DNA of 64,000 nt from Neocallimastix sp. 'constans' (taxonomy: Eukaryota), in assembly GCA_050613775.1 (NCBI GenBank), contig JBODTK010000106.1, positions 248,001 through 312,000 on the forward strand, written 5' to 3'. The notes beneath the pieces are model-generated. The model saw nothing but the letters and a program-made list of their open reading frames with translations, was not told the origin of the DNA and did not search any database. The position numbers and the translations under genes were made by a program. Below, piece by piece: positions 38,895 to 51,615 of the stretch. Within the stretch, counting starts at the first letter, position 1. Every line of letters starts with the position of its first letter.

Positions 38895-39470
38895 AATATA
38901 TTGAAAAAATAAATGTATTTTTTTTTCTTTTAATAACAGTAAATAATAATTATCATTAATAGATATCCTCAATTTAGAAAAAAGAAGTAGTTTAATTATT
39001 ATTAAAGGGAGAAAAATCATTTTTTTTTTTTTTTTTGGTAAATCATTTTATAATAATTATGAAATAATAATTATTATAATTTTTTTTATAGAAAATAATT
39101 TATATTTCTTTTCTTGATAACCCATAATATTAAATATTCTATTTAAAGTAATAATATATAAAAAGAAAAAAAAAAGAAAAAATATTAATATGTAGAGTAA
39201 AAAATCGAATTATATAGAATCAAGTTTTTATTATGAAATAGAATAATTAGTATTATTTTAAAGAAAAGAAAAATATAAAAAAAAAAAAAAGAATGAAATT
39301 TAAATTAAATTATATAAAAGTGATTTGAACTCCTTGTTATGATGAAGAATTTATTATTACAGATTAAAAAGAAAAATCAAAAAGAGAATTTGGAAACAAA
39401 TTCTTCAAATATATATATTTAAAATTTTTATATATAATTTTATAAATTTAAAATTGTATGTATATATGAG

Positions 39471-39517
<47 letters not shown>

Positions 39518-39730
39518 TTAGACTAAGTGTATATAATATAAGATGTTATGTTATATTTAAAATTCTATATCATAAAATATATATCTACTTGTTCTAATTA
39601 TTATTTGTAATTTTTTTAATTTTTTTTTATTCTCATATATATATTGTTATATATTATTATACGCATGTTATTATTCATACTATTTTTTTATTTAATATAT
39701 TATATATCTTTATTTTTAAAATAGAAAGAG

Positions 39731-39767
<37 letters not shown>

Positions 39768-40108
39768 AAAAAAGAAGAAAAAGAAAAAGATAGAAAATTT
39801 TATTTATTTTAAAAATTTTTATTATCTTCATAAATTATATCTCATTTTCTTTAGTGTTAGAATATATATAAATATATATATATAAATAAATATATTTTGT
39901 ATTATAAATAAATAGATATATTAGTAATTTTTTCCCTTTTTTTTTTTTTTTTTATATTTAGTTTTTATTTAGTTTTTATTTTTATTTTTATAATTATAGT
40001 TTTTAAATTTTTTTTTATTATTATTTCAATATATTTCAGTGTATTTAAATATAGAATAATAAAAATTAGAAAAAAAATTTTTTTTTTCTTTTTTTACTAA
40101 TTATTCTG

Positions 40109-40139
<31 letters not shown>

Positions 40140-40344
40140 ATTTTTTTTTATATTATTTTATTTTTCCTCAATAGTTAGTATAAAAAATAGGTAGTTGTAA
40201 AAATATATATATATATATATATATATAAATTATTATTTATATAAATATATATATAATTTATTATTATTATTTTTCAGATATATATAAATACATAAATAAA
40301 ATAATAAATAAATAATAAATAAAAAAAATAAATAAAAAAAAAAT

Positions 40345-40375
<31 letters not shown>

Positions 40376-40463
40376 TAAAAATAAAAATAAAAATAAAAAT
40401 AAAAATAAAAATAAAAATAAAAATAGTAATATAATATATGTATATATGTATATATATTATTAT

Positions 40464-40494
<31 letters not shown>

Positions 40495-41234
40495 GATAAA
40501 ATTGTTTATTGCAATTGATTTGTACAATCGTTATTATTTATCAAAGTTTTAATTTTTTTTTAAAAAAAAAAAAAAAACATAATTTATTTTCATTGATAAA
40601 AATTATTTTACATTATATTTATTGAATAAATAATTTTTTCATTTATTTTGTTTTTTAATATATCTTTATACCCTGAGGTCAATACTCCGGAGTTCAATTC
40701 CACCTTACCACCCATTATAATCCATTTGACAGGCTAACCCTAAATCGAACAAGTCATCGTCTACACTATGATCGTGCTTCTCAGTTGTACGTATACATTG
40801 CCTTGATTCCTGCGTATTGTAAATCCTCATTAGCTAATGTATCTGCGTGTTCATCACGTGTTAGGATAGATTTCCTAATTTGGAGAAAATTTGGAGGGGG
40901 AGAGCGCGTTTCGGAACCGCACGTGAATAGATATAAGCCACATGCTTTTTGAGATGGCGTATTATATATAAATTTTTTTATATAAATAAATAATTAAATA
41001 ATAATTAAATAAATATTTTATTTTATAATAATTTCATAATTTAATATATATTTGATAATAAAAAATAAAAAAATAAAAAAATAAAAAAATAAAAAAAATA
41101 AAAAAATAAAAAAATAAAAAAAATAAAAAAATAAAAAAATAAAAAAAATAAAAAAATAAAAAAAATTAAAAATAAAAAAAAAATAAAAAAAATAAAAAAG
41201 ATTAAAAAAATAAAATACAAAAAAAATAAAATAA

Positions 41235-41812
41235 AATATTTTCATTTTTATTTATATTTATAACTGTAATTTTTTATTATATAAATAAATAAATAAATAA
41301 TAATTAAATAAATATTTTATTTTATAATAAAAAAATAAAATAAAAAAAGAAAAGATAAATATTTTTTTAGTAATTTTCTTGAAATAAAATATTTTATTAG
41401 TAATTTTCTTGAAATAAAATATTTTATTAGTAATTTTCTTGAAATAAAATAAAATATTTTCATATTTATTTATATTTATAACTGTAATTTTTTATTATAT
41501 AAATAAATAATAATTAAATAAATATTTTATTTTATAATGAAAAAATAAAATAAAAAAAAGAAAAGATAAATATTTTTTTAGTAATTTTCTTGAAATAAAA
41601 TATTTTATTAGTAATTTTCTTGAAATAAAATAAAATATTTTCATATTTATTTATATTTATAACTGTAATTTTTTATTATATAAATAAATAATAATTAAAT
41701 AAATATTTTATTTTATAATGAAAAAATAAAATAAAAAAAAAAAGATAAATATTTTTTTAATAATTTTCTTGAAATAAAATAAAATATTTTTATATTTATA
41801 ATTGTAATTTTT
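41235..41812. repeat. Tandem ~180-220 bp AT-rich repeat upstream of the transposase
   Basis: TAACTGTAATTTTTTATTAT recurs at ~41261, 41479, 41660; nested TAATTTTCTTGAAATAAAAT subrepeats. Confidence 0.85.
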
Positions 41813-41894
41813 AAAAAAAATTGAAAATACATATTAAATAAAAAATAAAAAATAAATATTTTCATATTTATTAATATTTATATTAAAAATTTTG

Positions 41895-43343
41895 ATGGAG
41901 GGAAATCTAAAAATTGATATAAGTGAAACAAATCGAGGAAAAGAGCAAATAATTATAGATCGAAAATTTAAATATAATTTTTCAAAATTAAAAAAAGATA
42001 ATACAAAAATATATAGATGTACAGAATATAAAACATTAAATAAATGTAAGTCTTTTATTATTTTAAATGATAATAAAGAGGTTTTAAATTATGATTCTTC
42101 ACATAATCATCCTGGTAATGAAATTAATGCATCCAAATCATTAATAAAACATAAAATTAAAGATGAAATAAAAAAAAGTTTGATTCCTTCTGATATAAAA
42201 TCAAAACGCATATTTGATAAAATTTCTCAAGAAATAGGATATATATGCCCTGAATATAAAACAATTAAATCCCAAATAACAAGATATAAAAACAAACAAT
42301 TATTTCCTAATGTAAAAACATTTGATGAAGTTCCTAATGTATCTGAATATTATAAAACAATAAGAGGTGAATACTTTATGATATTCAAAAATTCTAATAT
42401 AATAATTTTTCAATCACCATTCCAAGCAAAATTATTTATGGAGAATAAACATATATTTGCTGATGGTACATTTTTAATAGCTCCAACTAATAGTTATCAA
42501 GTATTCATTACCAGAACTTATGTTACAGAATTAAATTGTTTTTACACTACTTCCATGTCAATATTAAAAAACAAAGAACAAACAACTTACGAAATATTAT
42601 TTAATGAAATAAAAAAAAATATAATTAAATATAATGCAAATATTAATTTCTCAGAAAAAATTTTTCATTGTGATTTTGAAAAAGGAATATCTAATGCAGT
42701 GGAAAATATTTTTCCCAATATAAATATTAAATATTGTTTTTGGCATTATAAAAGATTATTAATGACAAAAAAAAATAAATTATGTTACAAGGAAGTGAAA
42801 GATCATAATATTTTAAATACTTATTATAAAGCGATTTCTAATTTATGTTTTATTAATATTGAATACATACCTGATATTTTTAATAAAATTAAAAATACAT
42901 GCATGAGATATAAATCTACCTGTTCCCAATTTTTGAATTTTTTAGATTATTTTGAGAAAATATTTCTAAATATCTATAATACAAAATATTGGAATTATTA
43001 CAATAATATAGACCACATAACAAATAATGCTTCAGAATCTTATAACAGTTATTTAAAAAATTTATTTGTAAAAAAGCCTTCATTTTATAAATTAATATAT
43101 ACAATACAATTTGAAGAATCCAAATCTTACTATGATTACCATATGAGAATTAAAGGAATTTGGAGAAAAAAGAGCAGAATATCAGAAAGGGTCGATGACA
43201 TTAATATTTTAGTTGAATATTATAAAAATATGGAAGCCGAATTAAAAAATATTGGATGTAGTAAAAATGATATCATCGAAAATTGGTTTAATTGTTTAAT
43301 TAGATTGAATAATGAAATCATTAATTTTAATAAAACAAAATAA
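41895..43343 (+). CDS. MULE-family DDE transposase with N-terminal FLYWCH/WRKY-like zinc finger
   Basis: Uninterrupted ~482 aa ORF; YRC..C..HNH zinc finger; FADGTF, HCDFE, CFWH (CxxH), TNNASESYN catalytic motifs. Confidence 0.9.
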   Translation: MEGNLKIDISETNRGKEQIIIDRKFKYNFSKLKKDNTKIYRCTEYKTLNKCKSFIILNDNKEVLNYDSSHNHPGNEINASKSLIKHKIKDEIKKSLIPSDIKSKRIFDKISQEIGYICPEYKTIKSQITRYKNKQLFPNVKTFDEVPNVSEYYKTIRGEYFMIFKNSNIIIFQSPFQAKLFMENKHIFADGTFLIAPTNSYQVFITRTYVTELNCFYTTSMSILKNKEQTTYEILFNEIKKNIIKYNANINFSEKIFHCDFEKGISNAVENIFPNINIKYCFWHYKRLLMTKKNKLCYKEVKDHNILNTYYKAISNLCFINIEYIPDIFNKIKNTCMRYKSTCSQFLNFLDYFEKIFLNIYNTKYWNYYNNIDHITNNASESYNSYLKNLFVKKPSFYKLIYTIQFEESKSYYDYHMRIKGIWRKKSRISERVDDINILVEYYKNMEAELKNIGCSKNDIIENWFNCLIRLNNEIINFNKTK

Positions 43344-44199
43344 AAATAATTATTAAAATCCTTTCAAAATCATAATTACAATTAATTGAAAATTAAATTT
43401 TTTTATTTAATAAGAAATTCAATATTTAAATTTATTTAATATTTATTGATAGGGTTAGCTTAAAAATATTAAAAAAAAATTTTTTTTATAAATTTATTTT
43501 AAATATTTTTTACTTAATTAAATATTATTAAATAAAATTAAAAGATGTCTTTATTATTATATATTAGTATTATAAAATATTAAAAATATGAATGTATTGC
43601 ATTTCTCATTATTTTTATTTTATATTGTAGTAAATTAATAAATAAATAAATAATTTTTATAAAATAAACCAATTATTAAATTAATATATTTTTTAAAAAT
43701 ATATTTAATGTATATTTCATATTTTTAATAAATATTCAAATATACATTTTAAATATATATAATGATATTTAAGTATTATAATACTTATAAAAGAAAATAA
43801 TTAATATTTTAAATTATTTCTATCAGGCTTTCTAAAAAAACTTTACTATTTGTAAAAATAGTAATGCTCTTTTTGTTAGTTTATTAGATTTGTATAATAT
43901 AAATATCTAAAATAATTTATTTATTATTTAATAGAAATTTATGTTTAAAAATGTTATTGTTATTATTACTATTACTAAAAAAAAGTTTTAATTTAATATT
44001 TATAATTAAATTTTCAAATAATCTTTCCTTATCAAGTTAAATATAATGCTCCTGAGTAAAAAAGATTTTCGTATTATATAAAATTTATTTAAAATATTAG
44101 ATAAAAAAATATTAAAAAGGAAATAAGAATTTTAAAAAGAATATTTAAAAATAAAATGAAAAAAATATAGAATGTAATAATATAGAAGTATAAGTATAT

Positions 44200-45600
44200 A
44201 AAATAAAATAAAATAAAATAAATAGTTGAAATATAAATATAAATATAAAGTACAGATTGAATAAAATAAAATAAATAGTTGAAATATAAATATGAAGTAC
44301 AGAATGAATAAAATAAAATAAATAGTTGAAATATAAATATAAAGTACAGATTGAATAAAATAAAATAAATAGTTGAAATATAAATATGAAATACAGAATG
44401 AATAAAATAAAATAAATAGTTGAAATATAAATATGAAGTACAGAATGAATAAAATAAAATAAAATAAATAGTTGAAATAAAAATATGAAGTACAGATTGA
44501 ATGAAATAAAATAAATAGTTGAAATATAAATATAAAGTACAGATTGAATAAAATAAAATAAATAGTTGAAATATAAATATGAAATACAGAATGAATAAAA
44601 TAAAATAAATAGTTGAAATATAAATATGAAGTACAGATTGAATAAAATAAAATAAAATAAAATAAAATAAAATAAAATAAAATAAAATAAAATAAAATAA
44701 AATAAAATAAAATAAAATAAAATAAAATACAATAAAATAAAATGAATAAATATTGAAATATAAATATGAAGTACAGATTGAATAAAATAAAATAAAATAA
44801 AATAAAATAAAATAAAATAAAATAAAATAAAATAAAATAAAATAAAATAAAATAAAATAAAATAAAATAAAATAAAATAAAATAAAATAAAATAAAATAA
44901 AATAAAATAAAATAAAATAAAATAAAATAAAATAAAATAAAATAAAATAAAATAAAATAAAATAAAATAAAATAAAATAAAATAAAATAAAATAAAAGAA
45001 ATAAAATAAAATAAAATAAAATAAAATAAAAGAAATAAAATAAAATAAATAGTGAAGTAATATTAAAGAATAAAGTATTAATAAAAATAAAATAAAATAA
45101 AATAAATAGTGAAGTAATATTAAAGAATAAAGTATTAATAAAAATAAAATAAAATAAAATAAAATAAAAGAAATAAAATAAAATAAATAGTGAAGTAATA
45201 TAAAGGAATAAAGTATTAATAAAAATAAAATAAAATAAAATAAAATAAAATAAAATAAAATAAAATAAAATAAAATAAAATAAAATAAAATAAAATAAAA
45301 TAAAATAAAATAAAATAAAATAAAATAAAATAAAATAGTGAAGTAATATAAAGGAATAAAGTATTAATAAAAATAAAATAAAATAAAATAAAATAAAATA
45401 AAATAAAATAAAATAAAATAAAAAAATTATTTGAATTATAATAAAAATACAAGTATTAATAAAAATAAAATAAAATAAAACAAAATAAATATTTGAATTA
45501 TAATAAAAATACAAGTACTAATAAAATAAAATAAATATGTGAATTATAATAAATTACAAGTATCAATCGAAATAAAATAAAATAAAATAAAATAAAATAA
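44200..45600. repeat. Minisatellite/microsatellite block inside the MULE: ~47-bp unit x~10, long (AAAAT)n, and a second unit x4
   Basis: TAGTTGAAATATAAATAT(G/A)AA(G/A)TACAGA at mostly ~47 bp period over 44220-44785; AATAGTGAAGTAATAT..GAATAAAGTATTAAT x4 at ~45045-45370. Confidence 0.9.
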
Positions 45601-46816
45601 ATATGCAGTGAAATAATAATATATAATATGATAAAATAAAATAAATAAGATATTGATATGAAATTAATATAAAAACTGAATTTAGCAACAAATAAATTAT
45701 ATAATAAATAAATGATATAGCATATTCATATATATTAACATGAATTTTATTATAATTTTTACAGTATTTTAAATTAATGTAAATTATTATATTTCCATAT
45801 AATAAACAAACTTTATAATTAGAAAATAGTATAAAAAGAAATATTATTAAATATTATTATTAAATAATTAAATGAATAAATTAATAAATAAATAAAAATT
45901 TTCAGAATATGGCGAATGTAAATCATTATTTTTTTTGAAATATATCACATTTTAAATATTTTTAATAATTATTTTTTCAAAGAAACTATATGTGCCATTT
46001 TATTTTAATATTTAAATATTATATTCATAAATAAAAATTTATAAAAAAAATAATATAAGCCACATTCCGAAATGAAAATTTATGTAAAAATATTTAAAGC
46101 CACATTCCGAAACGCACCACCCCCAATTTGGAGAAAGGTAATGTAGTAAATAATAATGTTATAGTGTATGTGGTTGTGGCTTGTCGTATTCATCATCTCC
46201 AAATCTTGTGGTTCTGTAATCCGTGACTGAGAGCGTCGACGCCGAAATGGTATGGCATGGGAGCACTTTGTTGTATCCTGATACACCCGCTATAAAGTTT
46301 GTCTGATATTAGTTGTCTATTGTGGCTGGGATGATATGATCAAGACTTACAAGGGATAGTCTAAAAAAAAAAAAAAAAATATATCTTAGGAAATTCAATT
46401 CATTTGAAACAATTAACTTTTATATTCAGTAAACTTAAGTCCCCAATGATATGGACTATTTTTAGTAGTTTTTGTATCAATAAATTTCTAACCCTTGTGT
46501 ATATTTATAAATATTATAACAATAATACCGGATAAAATCAATTATTTACAAAATCTAAAATCTATTAAATCATCAAGAACAATTATATATTTCAAGCTTT
46601 CAAATATTCAACACCAATATTTTTTTTAAATACTATTTAAAGGGAATTTACTTTCTCTTTTATTTTTATTTTTATTTTTATTCTATTATTATATATATTT
46701 AAAAAAAAAAAAAAAAAAAAAATTTTATCTATTTTTTTTTTTTTATTATTATTATTATTTTTTTTTTTTTTTTTATTTTATACTTCTTTTATTTTAATTT
46801 TTTAGACTTTCTTGAA

Positions 46817-49800
46817 ATGAATAATACTTCTTCAAATTCAGCAATTATACCTGTTTTTCGACGAGGCCTCCGAAGATTCGATATTCAGAATAAAGATTTC
46901 ATTCTTATCTTTATTCATGATCTTCAATCATGGTCTGTTAGTAAACTTTGGGAATTTCTTAGTAAACATTTTTCTAATTGCAATGAAATAGTTCTTGGAA
47001 TTACAAAAAAAACCCACACCTGATATGGAAAATATGGAAAACTACTTCATTTTAAGGATAAGCTATGATAAACCTACTTATTATCTAAATATTTTATTTA
47101 TTCTTACTCGATGCCTTCCTATCTATAAAATTAATTGGATCAAAACCAACAAAATTCGAACTTTCAGTTATGTTAAGAAATTCAGCAATAAATTTTCTTC
47201 TTTTGAAACTAAAATCAATGGTAAAAGATTTTCTATATAGTAGCATTTACTCAACCGTCTACTCAGTTCTTTAATTTTTGTGTCAATTGGAACATTAATG
47301 GATGGAATGCTGAAAAACGTGATGGTATTCGATTCTTTAATGAAATTTTTAAACCCATCTGTAGTTGCTTGCAAGAGATCGATAATAGCCAATACCTTAA
47401 TGTACTTTCAAATAATTACCTATTTCTTAGTCACTATAATACAATTTTACGAAAAGCTGATCCAAATATATCTGGTATGAGAGGTCTTAGTATAAGTGTA
47501 CATCGTTCTTGTTCATTTTCTCCTGATCCTTTGGAATATAAGTATATCATTTCTGTCAACATTATTTCTTTTTGAGGAATTAAATGCACTATTGGTAATA
47601 TTTATGTTCCTAAGGTCACTCATAAGGAAGAAAGAACGAATGCCTTTTCAGAAATTACTAATTGGATAAAGAAACATACTAATAGACCTTCTATTCTTGT
47701 AGGTGATGACATTAAATATGTCTAAATCCCAATTAGAAAGTTTACTTAATAAATCATCTCATCAGTGGTTCATTAAAAAAATTATCGGGTCTCGATTTCA
47801 CTTGGACTCGGGATGGTAGATCGTCTTGTATTGATCATGTTGTATTTAATTGTAAAATAAAGGAATACATTTAAAAAGGTATCTGTTTGTAGTGCATTCA
47901 ATGATATTTCTAATCACTTCCCTCTTATCCTTTCCTGTAAGAAAGATGACTCAGAAGGTTTTCGTGCTCCTACTCCATCTAGAAGATTCAAGTGTTCCCA
48001 ACACATGTGTAATGAAAAGCATAATGAAATATTCTCAAGTAACTACTTCTCAATTCTTCTTAATGAATTTGATGATAATAAAGAATTAAATTCTAATGAA
48101 ATGGTCAATAAATATATATAGAAACAGCTAATAAAGTTGGTGATAAAGTTTATGCTAGGGTTCCTTGTGATCTTAAAGGCTCCACTTTCCACTGCCCTTC
48201 TTTATATCAAGAAACTTTCTCATGAAAAAAACATGTTGCATTTTATGAAATTAAAAATTTTTTTTCTTTAGGTCCTAATCTTGAAAACCTTGATGATTTT
48301 TTTAAATTTGCTTCGTGAATATAAAAATATATGTGTTAAAGTCAGGTCAATTTAGTTTTCTATTAAATCAAAACAAATTCATCGGTTGATAGAATCTGTA
48401 TGTAATGATTTTCGTAAACAAAAATGCTAGGAGTGCTTGGTTAAACTTAAAGAAGCAGGGTAACTTTTTATTTTTCTCATTCGGATCAATTGAATCGATT
48501 TGCTGAACATTATAGTGAACTAGCTTCTGATGTTACTCAACATAGTCTGGATAATGAATACTTAGTAAAATTTATTTAGAATTAATTCTAATAATAATCC
48601 TACTTGGGATATTAATGATCCTATTACTATGGAAGAAATTCAAAATATTGTGCTTGATATGAAAAATAATAGTGCACCTGGCCCCAATGATATTCCGATT
48701 GAATTTTTTAAAGCCTTTTTTAGTAAATTTGGTTTTCATCTGATAATCAAGATGATTCTTCAATTGTTCACTACTCTGATTGTGCTAAATATTTACTTTC
48801 ATTATTTAAAAAAATCTGAGCTGGTGATTTTCCCTGAAGAGTGGAATTCGGCTTCTATAATATCAATTCCAAAAAAAAAAAAAAAAGGAAATCTTTCAGA
48901 TTGCAATAATTATCATGGTATTTCTCTTATTAATGTTGGCTTAAAAAATCATTTCAAAGATTGTTACTAAATAGAATTGCTAAATATTGCCTTTGAACAT
49001 AAATTTGTTAGACCTGAACAATTTGGATTTAAAAATAAAAAAGAATGCATAAGTTTATATATTTCAATTAGAGAAATATGTCAAAGAAGAAAATTTCAAG
49101 GAAATTTTACTTATCTTGCTTTTCTCGATCTTAAAAAAGACTATGATTCAGTTCCTGTCTTTAATATTTTGACCAAATTATATAACTTAGGAATTAGAGG
49201 TAAATGTCATCTGTTTTTAAGGAACCTTTATCTATCCTCTAAAATTTGTGCTTTTTTTTTTTTTTAATGATAATCTCTCAGATGAATTTTCGATTAATCG
49301 TGATGTTAGACAAGGATGCCCTCTATCTCCTATTTTATTCAATTTATTCATTAATGATATACTGGATAATTGTGATAAGTATGGTGTAAATTTAGATTCT
49401 CAATATTGTTGTGGTGGACTTTTTGCGGATGATATTGTTTTAGTTGGTCCATCTAAAACAAGCTCTTAAGAAAATTTTTTGAATAAAGTTCATGAATGGG
49501 CTATTAAAAATGAAATGATTTTTAGAATTAATAAGTGTGTTACTCCAGTTGTAAAACCGATTATCTTTGTTAAACCGATAAATTATGAAGTTCCATCTTT
49601 CTTTATTAGTAGTAACAAATTACCTAAAACTGACAACTATACTTATCTTGGTATTCCATTTGATGAATCTTTATCATTGAAATATATACAATCCAAATTA
49701 AACAGTAATTTAAATGTCAAGTTAAATTCGTACTTTCGATTTCTTATTAATAAATCTATTCCTCTCCCATTGAAGAAATATGTTTTATTTTCGTTTTATT

Positions 49801-50510
49801 CTTAATCTTATTATATATTATGCTCCTCTCTTTGGTTCAAATAAAAGCAGATGTTCTAAAGCTCAAAAAATTATTAATAGAGGACTTTATTGGAGTTATG
49901 GATTTAAATCTCGAAATTTTTTATGTTAGTTTCTATGATATTACTCTTGAATTGAGAATACCTCCTCTTTCAGCTGTCTGTGCTATATCTCAATTACACT
50001 GCTTTAGAAAATGGAAAAGCTCATCATGTATCATTAATCATCTCACTAATAATATTCCTACTATGTCACATTACTCATGGACTAAAGAATCAAGGACTTT
50101 GGATAAGAAATTAAATGGTAAAAACAACAAGTGAAATAAAAAAGTTTTATTGGGAAAGAGATGTCTTCAAACCCTAAAAAGCTAAAAAAAAAAAAAAAAA
50201 AAGTAATTATTTACAAGGAGAATGATTTTGGATTTATTTCAGAAATCAAAAACTTAACATTTCAATATCCTAAGTATCAGTTAGGGTTCTTATGGATTTC
50301 TCGAATTAGGTGTGGTTTTAAATTTGGCATGAGTATTTCCATTATAAGATAAATAGTCTCAGAAGATTGCCCTTAAATGTTGCCCTTGTTGTGGTGTTAG
50401 TGTTAGTGTACCTAGCTTTTCTCACTGGATCCTTTCCTATAAAGAATTGGAAAATTACAGAAATAAATCTTTACCTTTTCTAGATGATCTCTTTTTGAAG
50501 TTTGCAATGA
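46817..50510 (+). mobile_element. Degenerate non-LTR retrotransposon (LINE) with APE endonuclease, reverse transcriptase and C-terminal Cys motif
   Basis: Across frames: WNINGW, LQE, GNIYVP, CIDHV, SNHFP (APE); SAPGPNDIP, WNSASIISIPKK, NYHGISLIN, QFGF, FLDLKKDYDSV, RQGCPLSPILFNLFIND, LFADD, YTYLG (RT); CCPCC near 50378. Many frameshifts and stops; 3' end appears truncated. Confidence 0.92.
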
Positions 50511-50519
50511 TGGAAGGGA

Positions 50520-50905
50520 GTAGTATAATTGTTCATATGATTATGCTTTTCACTGTCCTTATTATATTAAAAAAAAAAAACTGTCGATGATTCGATGCTT
50601 TAAAAAGTGTAGAAAGACGCTTCTTGTATTATTTCTCATTTAGTCAAAAATATTCCAACATTTTCAAATTATTCATAGATGAAAAAAAAAAAAAAGCATA
50701 AATATTAACAATATCCAAACACAATAATTAACTTTCTGGAGAACTACGGGAAGTTTTACTGGGAAAATGATCATTATACAAGTTCCTCTGTAATTAGATC
50801 AATTAAATACAAGAAGTTTAAGGTTTGATTTAAAATAAAATAAAATAAAAAAAAAAAATTTTATTCAACAACTATTGCTAAAAATATTCACAATTTCATC
50901 TTGAG

Positions 50906-50938
<33 letters not shown>

Positions 50939-51460
50939 GACTGAACGAATTAAATGTGAATTCAAATATAATATAATAATCTTATGTAAAAAAGAAAAAT
51001 GATCATCAGAAGATTGCGCAACATGTTGATCTTGTTGTGTTGAAAGTAATAACATACCTAGTTTTCTTTACATCGGATCCTTTTAATATCCTAAATTTGA
51101 AGTATTTAGGGAACAATTCATTCAATTTGTTGATAAAAAAAATTTTTTTTTTTTTTATTAAATTAATCTCTAATTGTTCATTAGAGAAATTATTGAACAT
51201 TTCTAATGAGCAAAGAGGATGATTGTGACGATACTATTAATTTTTATGTATTGTGTCTCCTTCTCAACCGAAATGCAATATATATGAAGTCTTAAAGATG
51301 AGTTCCCCATGGAGGAGGAAAGAAGGCATTTTATTAATAATATCTCTCAATCATCTTTCAAGAGAGTCTTCTTTCCCGATTTAATATTTTGTGGGGTTTG
51401 CAGAATTCCTTACTAATATTATGCCTATTCTGTATGTGTGATTAGTGATTTTTTTTTTTT
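50520..51460. mobile_element. Scrambled remnants of further LINE-like elements
   Basis: 50548-50585 (FHCPYYIKK) resembles the LINE segment at 48187-48220; the minus strand has an NYRG RT-like motif at 50795-50784 and coding-like fragments up to ~51460. Confidence 0.35.
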
Positions 51461-51549
51461 TTTTTTTGCATTATGACTAATTTGTATACCATTAGACTAA
51501 ATCGTTTATTCAATAACAATGGATATGTATATTTTTATGATTTTTTTAA

Positions 51550-51581
<32 letters not shown>

Positions 51582-51615
51582 CCATTTAGACTATTTAGTA
51601 TTATTAGAGTTACTT

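Larger units (their letters stand above)
40896..46124 (+). mobile_element. Mutator-like DNA transposon (MULE), ~5.2 kb, apparently complete
   Basis: Imperfect TIRs: left GGGGGAGAGCGCGTTTCGGAA (40896-40916); reverse complement of right end GGGGGTGGTGCGTTTCGGAA (46105-46124). TSD AATTTGGA at 40888-40895 and 46125-46132 (9 bp AATTTGGAG if one G is assigned to the target). Contains an intact transposase. Confidence 0.88.
40667..46377 (+). mobile_element. Short poly(A) retroposon (~460 bp plus tail) split in two (40667-40895 and 46125-46377) by the MULE insertion
   Basis: GC-rich halves on both sides of the MULE; poly(A) from 46363; TSD AATATATCTT at 40657-40666 and 46378-46387; B-box-like GGAGTTCAATTCC near 40689-40701; ends AGTCT(A)n like the 19.1 kb element. 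Confidence 0.75.

Noticed and set aside
44220..44785. Regular ~47-bp repeats (and 33-bp repeats at 57778) as a CRISPR-like array
   Set aside because: No unique spacers, no cas genes, eukaryotic context; these are ordinary minisatellites.
44132..45514. 460-aa and overlapping FILFY-repeat ORFs (also 8222-8449, 19975-20380, 21578-22150, 40267-41245, 52606-52893, 57164-57415)
   Set aside because: Translations of stop-free AT microsatellites, not genes.
46227..46250. Hammerhead-like CTGAGA-GCGTCGACGC-CGAAA
   Set aside because: The core lacks the N of CUGANGA, no stem I/III with a UH site was found, and CTGA is absent in the homologous 19.2 kb motif. An Infernal search would settle it.
50569..50580. 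Poly(A) tail of the 46.8 kb LINE
   Set aside because: The context resembles internal ORF sequence (FHCP.YIKK, compare 48187-48220), so it is more likely an expanded Lys run in a second fragment; no TSD found.
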